Assembly (NCBI GenBank): GCA_902497065.1
Contig: CABVDH010000006.1
Span: 26,901 to 90,900, forward strand
Direction: 5' to 3'
Source: an uncultured Collinsella sp.
GTDB taxonomy: Bacteria; Actinomycetota; Coriobacteriia; Coriobacteriales; Coriobacteriaceae
Length of the DNA stretch: 64,000 nucleotides
Below the pieces are notes generated by a model, which had not been told where the DNA came from, searched no databases, and saw only the letters and a list, made by a program, of their open reading frames with translations. Shown here one piece after another: positions 8,444 through 20,719 of this stretch. Within the stretch, counting starts at the first letter, position 1. Every line of letters starts with the position of its first letter. The position numbers and the translations under genes were made by a program.

Positions 8444-10342
8444 TTAATCCAGCTCTTTCAATCCATGTGCCAGCTGCCAGTACTCGCCGTGCTGAGCGAG
8501 CAGCTCCTCGTGGGTGCCGCGCTCGATGATGCGGCCGTGTTCGAGGACCATGATCGCATCGGCGTCGCGGACCGTGGACAGGCGGTGCGCGATCATAAAC
8601 GTGGTGCGTCCGCGCATGATACGGTCCATGCCGCGCTCGATGAGCTTTTCGGTGCGCGTGTCGATGGAGCTCGTGGCCTCGTCCAAGATGAGCACCGGCG
8701 GATCGGCCACGGCCACGCGCGCGATGGCGAGCAGCTGGCGCTGGCCCTGTGACAGGTTGGCACCGTCCGCGGTCACGAGCGTGTCGTAACCTTGCGGCAA
8801 GCGGCGGATAAACGAGTCGGCGCAGGCGGCCTCGGCAGCGGCGCGCACTTCCTCGTCGGTCGCGTCGAGCTTGCCAAAGCGGATGTTCTGCGCAATGGTG
8901 CCGCTAAACAGATGCGTATCCTGTAGCACAATGCCGAGCGACCCGCGCAGGCTGGCCTTGGCGATATGCTTGACGTCGATACCGTCGTACGTGATCTCGC
9001 CGTCATCGACCTCGTAGAAGCGGTTGATGAGGTTGGTGATGGTCGTCTTTCCGGCGCCCGTCGAGCCAACAAAGGCGATCTTTTGCCCCGGCTTGGCAAA
9101 CAGGTTGAGATCCGTGAGCACGCGCGTGCCCGGCACGTAGGAAAAGTCCACGGCATGGAAGCGCACGTCGCCGGCGAGCGGGACGAGGCCGGTAACAAGC
9201 TCGGTGCCGTCGGCGGCCACCGCGCGGCCCGACTCATCAACGGCTGCCACGTCATTCAGGTGCCCGTAGACGCCCACGCCCTGGCCCGCGGGAATCTTCC
9301 ACGCCCACGCGGCATCGCCCGTCTGCACCAGCTCCACGCAGCCCTCGTCCACCTCGGGCTCAAGGTCCATAGCCGCAAACAGGCGCTCGGCACCGGCCAA
9401 CGCGTTGAGCAAGAAGTTGCCGAGCTGCGTAAACTGGTTGATGGGCATGGCGGCCTGGCGCACAAAGACCAGGTAGCTTGCAAGTGCGCCCACATCGGCG
9501 AGCCCCTTGATGCAGAGCATGCCGCCCGCCACGGCGACGATGGCATAGTTGACGTAGCCAATCACGACGGTCATGGGCACCATGGAGTTGGCATAGCTCA
9601 CGGCGGCGGTACCGGTGCGGCGAAGCTCGTCGTTGCGGCGGGTGAAGCCGGCGACATTCGCTGCCTCACGGTTAAAGACCTTGATGACCTTTTGGCCCGA
9701 GACCATTTCTTCGATATATCCGTCCAGGTCGCCAAGCGATGCCTGCTGGGCAGCAAAGAAACGCTTAGAGCGCGCGCCCGAGTAGCGCGCATACAGCACA
9801 ATGGCCGCATCGCACACGAGTGTGATAATCGTGAGCTGCCAGTTAAGGATGATGAGCATAGCCGTGGTGCCCACAACCTGAATGGCGGCCTGAATCACGT
9901 TGGCAAAGCTGTTGTTGAGCGCCTCGGAGACGGTGTCGACGTCGTTGGTGAAAAAACTCATGATGTCGCCCGGGCGCGTGCTGTCAAAATAACTGAGCGG
10001 CAGCGTCTGGATGTGCGCGAACAGGTCGCGGCGAATATCGGACACCACGTGTTGGGCCGCGCGCACCATAATCTGCGAGTAGCCCAGGGCCGAGAGCACG
10101 CCCGCAACGTAGATGATCGCCGTCAGGATGACCTGCTTGGCAAGCAGTTCCTCCCCGCCCGTGGCCAAACCGTTAACGATGGGGCGCACCATGTAGGTGC
10201 CGGCGAGGCTCGCGATGGCGGCGACGGAGGCGAGCACGCCCACCGCGAGCAACGAGAACTTGGCATGCCCCATGTAGGAGAGCAAGCGGCGCACAGTGCG
10301 CTTGAGGTCGGCCGGGCGTGCTTGGGCTGCGGTCTTAGGCAT
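8444..10342 (-). CDS. ABC exporter ATP-binding/permease subunit
   Basis: TMD plus GSTGAGKT, LSQGQRQ, ILDEATS, IAHRL; true start ATG 10342 overlaps upstream partner. Confidence 0.9.
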   Translation of the reverse strand: MPKTAAQARPADLKRTVRRLLSYMGHAKFSLLAVGVLASVAAIASLAGTYMVRPIVNGLATGGEELLAKQVILTAIIYVAGVLSALGYSQIMVRAAQHVVSDIRRDLFAHIQTLPLSYFDSTRPGDIMSFFTNDVDTVSEALNNSFANVIQAAIQVVGTTAMLIILNWQLTIITLVCDAAIVLYARYSGARSKRFFAAQQASLGDLDGYIEEMVSGQKVIKVFNREAANVAGFTRRNDELRRTGTAAVSYANSMVPMTVVIGYVNYAIVAVAGGMLCIKGLADVGALASYLVFVRQAAMPINQFTQLGNFLLNALAGAERLFAAMDLEPEVDEGCVELVQTGDAAWAWKIPAGQGVGVYGHLNDVAAVDESGRAVAADGTELVTGLVPLAGDVRFHAVDFSYVPGTRVLTDLNLFAKPGQKIAFVGSTGAGKTTITNLINRFYEVDDGEITYDGIDVKHIAKASLRGSLGIVLQDTHLFSGTIAQNIRFGKLDATDEEVRAAAEAACADSFIRRLPQGYDTLVTADGANLSQGQRQLLAIARVAVADPPVLILDEATSSIDTRTEKLIERGMDRIMRGRTTFMIAHRLSTVRDADAIMVLEHGRIIERGTHEELLAQHGEYWQLAHGLKELD

Positions 10343-12164
10343 GGCGCTCACCCCCTTCCAAGGGCGATCCGCATGCGACGGAGGAAAACGGATCATTCGC
10401 GCAACCATCGTCACTGCCGTCGCCGGCTTCCGCGTTCCTCGCAAACTCCATCTGCGAGGCGTAAATCTCCTGGTAGATGTTGTCGCCCGCCAGCAGTTCC
10501 TCGTGCGTGCCCACGCCGTGGACACGACCGTCGTCCAGCACCACAATACGATCGGCATCCATGACGCTCGCGATACGCTGGGCGATGATGAGCACGGTCG
10601 TATCGGAAATCCGAGCGATGTGCTCGCGAATCTTAGCGTCGGTCGCCATATCGACCGCGCTGGTGGAGTCATCAAAAATGAGCACGCGCGGATGCTTGAG
10701 CAGCGTGCGCGCGATGCACAGGCGTTGCTTCTGGCCACCCGAGACACCAGCGCCGCCTTGGCCCAACTCGCCGTCCAGCCCGCCGATGCGATCAAGGAAC
10801 TCGTCCACGCACGCCGCGCGGCAAGCCGCGAGGAGTTCATCGTCCGACGCCTGCGGATTGCCCCACTGCAGGTTCTCGCGCACGGTACCCGTAAACAGCA
10901 CATTCTTTTGCAGCACAATGCCCACAGCGTCGCGTAGAGTCGCGAGGTCGTAGTCGCGCACGTCGCGTCCGCCCACAAGCACGGCGCCTTCGGTGGCGTC
11001 GTACAGGCGCGCAATCAGCTGCACAAGCGAGCTCTTGCCCGAGCCCGTGCCGCCGAGGATGCCCACCGTCGAGCCGCTCCCGATGCGAAGGTCGATATGC
11101 TCGAGCACATCCTCAGCTGCATCCGCGCGGTATTTAAAGGAAACGTCGCGAAACTCGATACTGCCGTCCGCTGGCGCCGCAATCGCGAGGTCTCCCGCGG
11201 GGTTGGCGATAAAGGGCTCCTCATCGAGCACCTCGGCGATACGGCCCACACTCGTAAGAGCGCGCGTGAGCAGCAAAAACACGTTGGAAATCATCATGAG
11301 CGAATTCATGATCAGCAGCACGTAGCTCATAAAGCCCGTGAGCGAGCCCACGCCCAGCTTGCCGGCGAGAATCATGCGGCCGCCAATCCACAGGATGGAG
11401 AGCGCAGCCACGTACATCGACAGCTGAAACACCGGCAGGTTGAGCACCGCGTTGCCAAAGGTCTTCGTCGCAGTGCCGGCGAGCTCGGTATTGACGGTGT
11501 CGAACTTGGCCTCCTCGTGCTCGGTACGAACGTAGGCCTTGACGGCACGCACGGCGGTGAGGTCTTCCTGTACCACGCCGTTGAGGTGGTCCATCGAGGT
11601 CTGGAGTTGGCGGTAGAGCGGACTGACGCGATAGGTGATGACGCCCAGTACGATTGCCAGCACGGGCAAGATGATCGCAAAGACGTTGGCGAGCGGGCGC
11701 GACAGCATCAGCGCGTAGATAAGGCCGACGATAAGCGTCACCGGGCCGCGCACCATAGGGCGAAAGCCGTTGCCCACAGCATTTTGGATAACGGTGATGT
11801 CCGTGGTCATGCGGGTGACGAGCGAGCTGGCGTCGTAGTTGTCCAGGTTACCAAAAGCGAGCGTCTGAATCTTTTTGTACTCAGCCTCGCGCAGGTTAGC
11901 GCCTAGGCCCGAGGCAACGCGGGCGGACGTGTGTGCATAACCCAAGCCCAGTACCAGCGAAAGCGCAGCGCACACCAACATGTACGACCCCTGCAGCAGC
12001 ATGTAGTTGATATCACCCGCAGGCACGCCCACATCGATGATGTTGGCCATGATGACCGGGATAAACAGCTCGAGCACCGTCTCGACCGACACAAAGAACA
12101 CGCCGAGGATGGCATCGCGACGGTATGCCCCTAGATAGGAAAACAGTATTTTGAGATTGCGCAC
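10335..12164 (-). CDS. ABC exporter ATP-binding/permease subunit (degenerate-site partner)
   Basis: GGTGSGKS, VSGGQKQR, FDDSTS, IAQR, typical of heterodimeric type IV exporters. Confidence 0.9.
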   Translation of the reverse strand: MRNLKILFSYLGAYRRDAILGVFFVSVETVLELFIPVIMANIIDVGVPAGDINYMLLQGSYMLVCAALSLVLGLGYAHTSARVASGLGANLREAEYKKIQTLAFGNLDNYDASSLVTRMTTDITVIQNAVGNGFRPMVRGPVTLIVGLIYALMLSRPLANVFAIILPVLAIVLGVITYRVSPLYRQLQTSMDHLNGVVQEDLTAVRAVKAYVRTEHEEAKFDTVNTELAGTATKTFGNAVLNLPVFQLSMYVAALSILWIGGRMILAGKLGVGSLTGFMSYVLLIMNSLMMISNVFLLLTRALTSVGRIAEVLDEEPFIANPAGDLAIAAPADGSIEFRDVSFKYRADAAEDVLEHIDLRIGSGSTVGILGGTGSGKSSLVQLIARLYDATEGAVLVGGRDVRDYDLATLRDAVGIVLQKNVLFTGTVRENLQWGNPQASDDELLAACRAACVDEFLDRIGGLDGELGQGGAGVSGGQKQRLCIARTLLKHPRVLIFDDSTSAVDMATDAKIREHIARISDTTVLIIAQRIASVMDADRIVVLDDGRVHGVGTHEELLAGDNIYQEIYASQMEFARNAEAGDGSDDGCANDPFSSVACGSPLEGGERHA

Positions 12165-12351
12165 GCAGGTTCAACCCCCATCAAACGTTGTTCGCAAACG
12201 CACGTATTATTGCGCGCCGAATAATGGTGTCAAGTATTCCGAAATCGTTTTCTGCAAGGTTAGCGCCGGCGGCGAGTTCTCGTGATGTGTGTCCATATTC
12301 ACTCGGAATAATGGTGCGCGTGACTTTTTCGCCCCGTCGTCAACACAAACC

Positions 12352-12382
12352 TTGACTCTACAATCGTTGTAGGGTTTTCACT
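12352..12382 (+). promoter_or_regulatory. MerR/BmrR-type promoter of the MATE gene
   Basis: TTGACT, 19-bp spacer carrying dyad CTCTACAA-TCG-TTGTAGGG, weak -10 TTCACT; MerR gene lies downstream. Confidence 0.7.
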
Positions 12383-12422
12383 ACACTGGTACGTAAACAA
12401 ACCCAGCCAGAAAGCCCCGCCC

Positions 12423-13769
12423 ATGGAACACGACCTCACACGCGGCAATGTCCTTAAGACCATCGCGGTCTTTGCCCTGCCCTATATGCTCTCGTACTTT
12501 TTGCAGATGCTCTACGGTATGGCCGACCTGTACATGATGGGGCAGTTTAGCGGCGCCGCCGGCATCACCGCCGTGGGCAATGGCGCGCAGACGCTCTATA
12601 TCATTACCGTGACGCTCGTGGGCCTGGCCATGGGAACGACGGTCATCGTCGGTCACGCCGTGGGCTCGCGCCGCTTCGATCGCGCCGAGACCGCCATCGG
12701 CAACACCATTACGCTCTTTATGGGTGTCTCGGTAGTGCTGGCCGCTGTCCTGCTTGCGCTGTGTCCGCAGATCGTGGCACTCATTGGCACGCCGGCCGAG
12801 GCAGTCGAAGGAACCGCCGCCTACCTGCGCATCTGCTTTGTCGGCATTCCGTTTATCGCCGCATACAACATTCTCTCGGCCATCTTTCGCGGCCTGGGCG
12901 ATTCGCGCTCGCCCATGTACGTAATTGGCGTGGCATGCATCATCAACATCGCGCTCGACTTTCTGTTTATCGGCCACATGGGGCTCGGCCCCGTGGGTGC
13001 GGCGCTCGGCACGGTAACCGCCCAGACGGCCAGCGTTGCCCTCGCGCTCGTGTGGCTCAAGAGCCGCCGCACGAACATCCATGTTAAGCGCAGCGACCTG
13101 CGCCCCCAGCCCGAGGTGCTCGGCAGCATTCTTAAGATCGGCTTGCCCGTGGCCGTGCAGGATGGCTGCATCCAGGTGGCGTTTATGTTCATCACCGTCA
13201 TCGCCAACCACCGAGGGCTCGTCGACGCCGCCGCCGTGGGCCTGGTCGAGAAGATGATCAGCTTTTTGTTCATTGTGCCGAGTTCCATGGGCGCCACCGT
13301 CAGCGCGCTCACGGCGCAAAACGCCGGCGCGGGCAAGGGCGACCGCGCACGTCAGGTACTCAAAGATGCCATGACGATCTCGGTGGTGTACGGCTGTCTG
13401 ATCACGGTGCTGATGTGGCTGGTGGCGCCGGCGTTTATTGGCTTTTTTGCCAAGGACTCCGCGGTGGTCGCGGCCGGCACCGGCTATATGCGCAGCTATA
13501 TTTTCGACGCGATTTTTGCCGGCATCCACATTTGCTTTAGCGGCTTTTTCGCTGCGTATGGCAAGAGCTACATCGGCTTTGCGCACAACGTGCTGGCCGT
13601 GGCGCTCATTCGCGTGCCGGGCGCGTGGCTGCTGTCGAACGCCTATTCCGACACGCTGTTTCCCATGGGCATCGCTTCGCCGTGCGGGTCGATTTTGTCG
13701 GCGGTCATCTGTGTTGTCGCGTTTACCGTGCTCAACCGACGCGGGGCTTTTGACAAGCTAGTGGCGTAG
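12423..13769 (+). CDS. MATE family efflux transporter
   Basis: DLTRGNVLKTI..FALP, FRGLGDSRSP, GPVGAALGT, 12 TM segments. Confidence 0.92.
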   Translation: MEHDLTRGNVLKTIAVFALPYMLSYFLQMLYGMADLYMMGQFSGAAGITAVGNGAQTLYIITVTLVGLAMGTTVIVGHAVGSRRFDRAETAIGNTITLFMGVSVVLAAVLLALCPQIVALIGTPAEAVEGTAAYLRICFVGIPFIAAYNILSAIFRGLGDSRSPMYVIGVACIINIALDFLFIGHMGLGPVGAALGTVTAQTASVALALVWLKSRRTNIHVKRSDLRPQPEVLGSILKIGLPVAVQDGCIQVAFMFITVIANHRGLVDAAAVGLVEKMISFLFIVPSSMGATVSALTAQNAGAGKGDRARQVLKDAMTISVVYGCLITVLMWLVAPAFIGFFAKDSAVVAAGTGYMRSYIFDAIFAGIHICFSGFFAAYGKSYIGFAHNVLAVALIRVPGAWLLSNAYSDTLFPMGIASPCGSILSAVICVVAFTVLNRRGAFDKLVA

Positions 13770-13825
13770 CGAGGCGACGCGAGCCTGGCGCCCCTCCCCT
13801 GCTTTTTGCCGAAAGGAGCGGTCCT

Positions 13826-14665
13826 GTGACCGACATGCCAAGTGAACATACTGAGGGCCTGCTCCGTATTGGCGAGGTGGCGCGCCTGTTTAACCTGAGC
13901 GTGGGCACGCTGCGCCATTACGAGCAGATGGGCTTGCTGGACCCGGCGCACATCGATTCGGCGAGTGGATACCGCTACTACGGATCTCGGCAGCTCTCCA
14001 CCCTCAACACCATCAGCCACCTGCGTGTTCTCGACTTGCCGTTGGCACAAATCCGTGAGTTTGTGACCACGCGTGATGTGGACCTCATGCAGCGGCAACT
14101 GGCCCAGCAACAGGAGCTCATCGAGCGCAAGCGCCGCGAGCTCGAACGCGTGTCGCGCAAGATCGATAACCGACTTGGGCTGCTGCACGATGCGTTGAAC
14201 ACCGAGCTCGATGCTATTTGCGCAATCGATGCGCCCGAGCTTCGTTGCGCCGTATTGCGCGAACGCGTCAACCCTACCGACGCCTATGCGCTGGAGTGGC
14301 AGATTCGTCAGCTGCAGAAAGGCCAGCACGAGACGTTTGTTTTTCTGGGCAACTTGGGCGTCGGGATCGCGCCCGAACGCCTTGCCGCCGGCGACTTTGA
14401 TGGCTACGACGAGGTCTTTCTGCTGCTGGATGACACGGACGATTACCTGGGCGATGTCGAAGTACGTCCCGCCGCGCGGTGTCTGACGGTCAGCTTCCGC
14501 GGCACGCACGGTCAGGCGGCCCCGCGCTATGAGCGCTTACTCGATTACATGCACGAGCGCGACCTGTCCCCCGCCGGTCCCTCGCGCGAAATCGCCCTCA
14601 TCGACGACATCATCAGCGACGACCCGGGAGCGCATGTGACGAGGATCGCGATACCGGTCCGCTAA
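13826..14665 (+). CDS. MerR family regulator with GyrI-like effector domain
   Basis: LRIGEVARLFNLSVGTLRHYEQMGLL..GYRYY; C-terminal FRGTH..YERLLDY..REI. Confidence 0.9.
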   Translation: MTDMPSEHTEGLLRIGEVARLFNLSVGTLRHYEQMGLLDPAHIDSASGYRYYGSRQLSTLNTISHLRVLDLPLAQIREFVTTRDVDLMQRQLAQQQELIERKRRELERVSRKIDNRLGLLHDALNTELDAICAIDAPELRCAVLRERVNPTDAYALEWQIRQLQKGQHETFVFLGNLGVGIAPERLAAGDFDGYDEVFLLLDDTDDYLGDVEVRPAARCLTVSFRGTHGQAAPRYERLLDYMHERDLSPAGPSREIALIDDIISDDPGAHVTRIAIPVR

Positions 14666-14773
14666 TCACTACCATTTATCGAGCAATTCCATCCATTTAC
14701 CTTAATCCGAATTAGATTGTGTTTTGTAGCAAATAAAATGACAGCATATTGCCCCCCATAGGCAGGAGACATT

Positions 14774-15946
14774 ATGCCCAGAGTTCAATCACGTCGCTCG
14801 TTTCTTCTCGGCCTAGCCTCGATCATCGGCTTATCCGCGTCACGCCCAACAAGAGTATTCGCTGCCGACTCAAACTCATCCGTCGCTTTTACTTCAGACC
14901 TAGCACAAGACTACGCGCTTTCCCTGTTGCCCATCGTCGACGGATCCGCGAACTTAGAGATCGAGCAAATCGTTCCCGTATGCCAACAAATCGGCCTTAT
15001 CTGTGGCTATGAAATCAGTGTCACAAGGGAAGGAAGCCCTTACGGTTATTTAATACTTGACGCATCATATCCTGGGCTTCTGAAGGAGATAACCCTCGGC
15101 GATACCATTCTTCCGATTTCAGCTTCTCTATCAAACGCCATTTCAACTTATTCCGGCCAACAGGCCACAAACCCAACCGTACTAATTTCGTACAACGATA
15201 TTGAATATGGAACTTTGGTGCCAGGAACTAGAGACTGTGTAACCAACTATAACAATATACGGTCTGTCCCGATTGTCACCAAAAAGGGTATAGCACCTCA
15301 AAGCAATAACCCAACTTCATGGGATGCAGTCATTATCAATGAAGATGACTTGATGTTGCATTTCCAAATAGACGATTTAAACGGAATACCGTTCCGAGGA
15401 GTCTCGGAATCATTAGTTGAAGCCCGCACTAATAAGTATGCATGCGTCGTTTCTGCCTTGTACGCTGTATCAATGCATTACGGTCTCACCAGTTCAAACG
15501 CTAATCAATTTAATCCCGATTATTATAAAGAAATATGGAACGTCACTGGTACAACAACGTATAAGACCAATGATCAGGGCGTCGAGTACGGAAGCACGAT
15601 CATCCCAGATGGAATTGTTCCGTTTAAAAGTCTTGCCGCTCAAAAGGGTAGAGCACTTAATACTCAATTTTTCGGTTATCAGCCTCAATTCGCTCAGTAC
15701 AGAGCAACTATCGATCAAGGGAATATCGGCTTGTATCATATGTGGATCAACAGCCGGAACAGTGAAGGATCCGTCGAGCTATCAGGTCATACGGTCACGG
15801 TAACTGGCTATTTTACTGGGCATAATGGAAGCTCTGGCATCGAACTGCAGTGGCTCGAAGTATTCGACGGATGGAACACTTATCCCCGAGCGATTAACTA
15901 TGCAACGCCCAATATGGTCAAATTGAACGGAACAGTCTTTTGGTAG
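14774..15946 (+). CDS. Tat-signal secreted papain-fold (C39-like) cysteine peptidase, putative
   Basis: SRRSFL twin-arginine signal; Cys in YACVVSAL, His in GHTVTVTGY, Asp in VFDGW; AGGAG RBS; AT-richer than flanks. Confidence 0.65.
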   Translation: MPRVQSRRSFLLGLASIIGLSASRPTRVFAADSNSSVAFTSDLAQDYALSLLPIVDGSANLEIEQIVPVCQQIGLICGYEISVTREGSPYGYLILDASYPGLLKEITLGDTILPISASLSNAISTYSGQQATNPTVLISYNDIEYGTLVPGTRDCVTNYNNIRSVPIVTKKGIAPQSNNPTSWDAVIINEDDLMLHFQIDDLNGIPFRGVSESLVEARTNKYACVVSALYAVSMHYGLTSSNANQFNPDYYKEIWNVTGTTTYKTNDQGVEYGSTIIPDGIVPFKSLAAQKGRALNTQFFGYQPQFAQYRATIDQGNIGLYHMWINSRNSEGSVELSGHTVTVTGYFTGHNGSSGIELQWLEVFDGWNTYPRAINYATPNMVKLNGTVFW

Positions 15947-15951
15947 ACCGG

Positions 15952-16338
15952 ATGGCACCATCAAAATGCTATGGCACCACGGCCTTTGCCCTGGTTACGA
16001 TATTGGTGATTTTCGCTATGTTTGCATCCGTTTCTTCATGCACAGATAGAGCCCGCTATAGCGGAGGAGATGATTACCTTGTCTTTGGAGCCGGCAGCGT
16101 TCATTCTATTGAGGGAACGGAACTCGTAATCCAAACAGACAACAGTCCCCGCTACACCGACGCTGGAAAGCAAACCCGGATTACATTCCCCTCATCTGGC
16201 CGAATCAAAGACAAGCTTTCCCAAATCAAAGTTGGGATAAGAGTTTCCTACTCACGCTTTGAGTCGGTAGACGCATCTGGATCATACGAGGGAAACGATA
16301 TCGAAATTGAACAGGCAAACACTATAAGGAGATGTTGA
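15952..16338 (+). CDS. Small putative lipoprotein
   Basis: Hydrophobic N-terminus ending in lipobox-like VSSC; starts 5 bp after the peptidase stop. Confidence 0.6.
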   Translation: MAPSKCYGTTAFALVTILVIFAMFASVSSCTDRARYSGGDDYLVFGAGSVHSIEGTELVIQTDNSPRYTDAGKQTRITFPSSGRIKDKLSQIKVGIRVSYSRFESVDASGSYEGNDIEIEQANTIRRC

Positions 16339-16368
16339 GGAACTGAGCCTCTGCGCAGTTCCTCAACA
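16333..16368. terminator. Hairpin between convergent genes
   Basis: TGTTGAGGAACTG-AGCCTCTGCG-CAGTTCCTCAACA. Confidence 0.55.
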
Positions 16369-16373
16369 AATCA

Positions 16374-18614
<2,241 letters not shown>

Positions 18615-18710
18615 TCACTCGATTTCAAACGGATACAAGAGTACCACCGGTCGCAACGGGGTCGAATAGCGGCCTCGAACCGCACCGAATCGGCAGCCGC
18701 CAGACTGGGG

Positions 18711-18914
18711 TGGACAGTTAGTTCAGATACGTATAAATCCTAGAGCTGGATCGGGCACGAACACCTCTGTTTCGACTAATTTTGGGCTCCTCGAGACCAT
18801 GTAAACGTCCCACTCTCCCTTCCAAACACCCATCCGAGCCCCATCCCAATCAAAAATTGCTCAAAACGCATCCCAAGCTGCCCCAGATTTATACGTATCT
18901 GAACTAACTGTCCA
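18711..18914. mobile_element. 204-bp MITE-like element with perfect 29-bp terminal inverted repeats
   Basis: TGGACAGTTAGTTCAGATACGTATAAATC at 18711-18739 and its exact reverse complement at 18886-18914; non-coding. Confidence 0.6.
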
Positions 18915-18982
18915 GACCATTACGAACCAGGCCTCTTGCCAGCCACAAGTGATCCGTTTTCCTCCGTCCCCAACGGATCAAT

Positions 18983-19024
18983 AAGAAAAGAGGGGCTGTC
19001 CCGCGCTGGCGGGACAGCCCCTCT
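18983..19024 (-). terminator. Rho-independent terminator of htrA
   Basis: AGAGGGGCTGTCCCGC/GCGGGACAGCCCCTCT stem followed by a T-rich run on the minus strand. Confidence 0.75.
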
Positions 19025-19050
19025 GGCTTCGGCATGTGCGAAATGGCTCG

Positions 19051-20511
19051 TTAGTAACCCTGGCCGTAGCCCTGACCCTGGCCCTGCTGGCCCAGCAGCT
19101 CCTCCAGGTACTGGCGCAGCTGCTCGTCGGTAATACCGCCGTTGCCGGTGTCGGTCGAACTGTCGTCCTGCTGCTGGTTCTGCAGCTCCTCATCGGAGCC
19201 CAGCTCGACGGTGACCTTCTTCTCTTCCTTGCCGCGCACGAGCGTAATCTCGACCTTCTCGCCCACCTCGTGGCTGCGCAGCGCGATGATCAGGCCATCG
19301 GCGCTCGCAATCTCGTCGTCGCCCAGCTTGGTAATGACATCGCCCTCTTGGATGCCAGCCTTGGCGGCAGGACCGTCCTCGACGACGCTTGCCACATACG
19401 CGCCGCTATCGGTGCTCAGCTTGTTGGTGCGGGCGTTGAGCGCATTGACGCTCGAAAGCGTAGCGCCCATGTACGGATGTACCGGCGTCTTGCCGTCGAT
19501 GATCTGGTCGGCAATGTTCTTGGCATAGTTGACCGGAATGGCAAAGCCTACGCCCGAGCTGGAGCCCGAGTAGCTCTCGATGAGCGAGTTGATGCCCACC
19601 AGCTCACCGTTGTCGTTGACGAGCGCGCCGCCGGAGTTGCCCGGGTTGATGGCGGCATCGGTCTGAATCATGTTGGCATAGATGGTGTTACCGCTGGTAG
19701 AGCTCATGGCCGTGGAACGATAGAGCGCCGACACGATACCCGTGGAGACAGACTGCTCGTTGCCGAACGGCGAGCCGATCGCCATAACCCACTCGCCAAC
19801 GTTGAGCTTGGAGGAGTCGCCAATTTCGATCGGCGTAAGCTTGGAGGCGTCGGCGTCCTTGAGCTTGATGACGGCCAGGTCGCTCGAGGCGTCGTTGCCC
19901 ACGAACTCGGCCTCGTAGGTGGTGCCGTCGTCCATGGTCACCACGTACTGGTCATAGCCATCGACCACGTGGTTGTTGGTGAGGATGTGGCCCTCGGTAT
20001 CGAGCACCACGCCCGAACCGACACTGCCCGAGCTATCCGACTCGTCGGCAGACTGCGAAAGCGAGCCATTCTGGCTGCCGCTCGAAGTGGCGGTAATGGA
20101 AACGACGGAGGGCAGGGCCTTGGCAGAAACGGCCTCGGCCAGCGTGGTGTCCTCGGAATCAATCGTAATCTTTTGCGTCGACGAACCCGAAGCACCCGCC
20201 GTCACGGCATTCTTTCCGCCGCCAATGTTGAGCGTGCCGCTCATAATGAGCGCGATGACCAGCAGGGCGCCGCAGGCGCAGCCGGCAAGCGCTGTAATAA
20301 AGATCGGCAGCTTTTTGGTCTTGGTCTTGACCACCGTGTGCTTGTTCACGACCTGCTGGCCACCCAGCGGCTGGCCGGTCTGCGTGTCGTAGGCCTGCAC
20401 GTAGGGAATGTTGCTGTCGGCAGGCGTCGACTCTACCTGCACGCGCGGCTGCTGCTGGGTCTCGCCGGCGTTGCCCGCATCCTGGGGACGCTGGGAATCG
20501 TACTCGCTCAT
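19051..20511 (-). CDS. htrA: Membrane-anchored HtrA/DegP serine protease with PDZ domain
   Basis: TNNHVV, DLAVI, TDAAINPGNSGG, PDZ (GPAAKAGIQEGDVI). Confidence 0.93.
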   Translation of the reverse strand: MSEYDSQRPQDAGNAGETQQQPRVQVESTPADSNIPYVQAYDTQTGQPLGGQQVVNKHTVVKTKTKKLPIFITALAGCACGALLVIALIMSGTLNIGGGKNAVTAGASGSSTQKITIDSEDTTLAEAVSAKALPSVVSITATSSGSQNGSLSQSADESDSSGSVGSGVVLDTEGHILTNNHVVDGYDQYVVTMDDGTTYEAEFVGNDASSDLAVIKLKDADASKLTPIEIGDSSKLNVGEWVMAIGSPFGNEQSVSTGIVSALYRSTAMSSTSGNTIYANMIQTDAAINPGNSGGALVNDNGELVGINSLIESYSGSSSGVGFAIPVNYAKNIADQIIDGKTPVHPYMGATLSSVNALNARTNKLSTDSGAYVASVVEDGPAAKAGIQEGDVITKLGDDEIASADGLIIALRSHEVGEKVEITLVRGKEEKKVTVELGSDEELQNQQQDDSSTDTGNGGITDEQLRQYLEELLGQQGQGQGYGQGY

Positions 20512-20682
20512 AGCTGCGATCCTTTCGTCAAATAACCAAAGGCCCGCCAAACATGTGGCGGGCCATCATTGTTCACGTTGAGTTGTACCCCAATATGCGG
20601 GTGCACGTGTATGAGAACGCAATCTTTTAGGAAGGCTTAAGTTCTGCCGCAGACCCGAAAGGAATCCGTACCTGCGTCAAAA

Positions 20683-20715
20683 CCACCACAAAAGTGCCTG
20701 TCCCCTTTGTGGTGG
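20683..20715. repeat. REP-like hairpin copy 4
   Basis: CCACCACAAAAGTGCCTGTCCCCTTTGTGGTGG. Confidence 0.75.
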
Positions 20716-20719
20716 AAAT

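Noticed and set aside
12219..12316. GAATAATGGTG direct repeat and TATTCCGA/TCGGAATA inverted pair
   Set aside because: Possibly an operator for the ABC genes, but only two short copies and no cognate regulator identifiable
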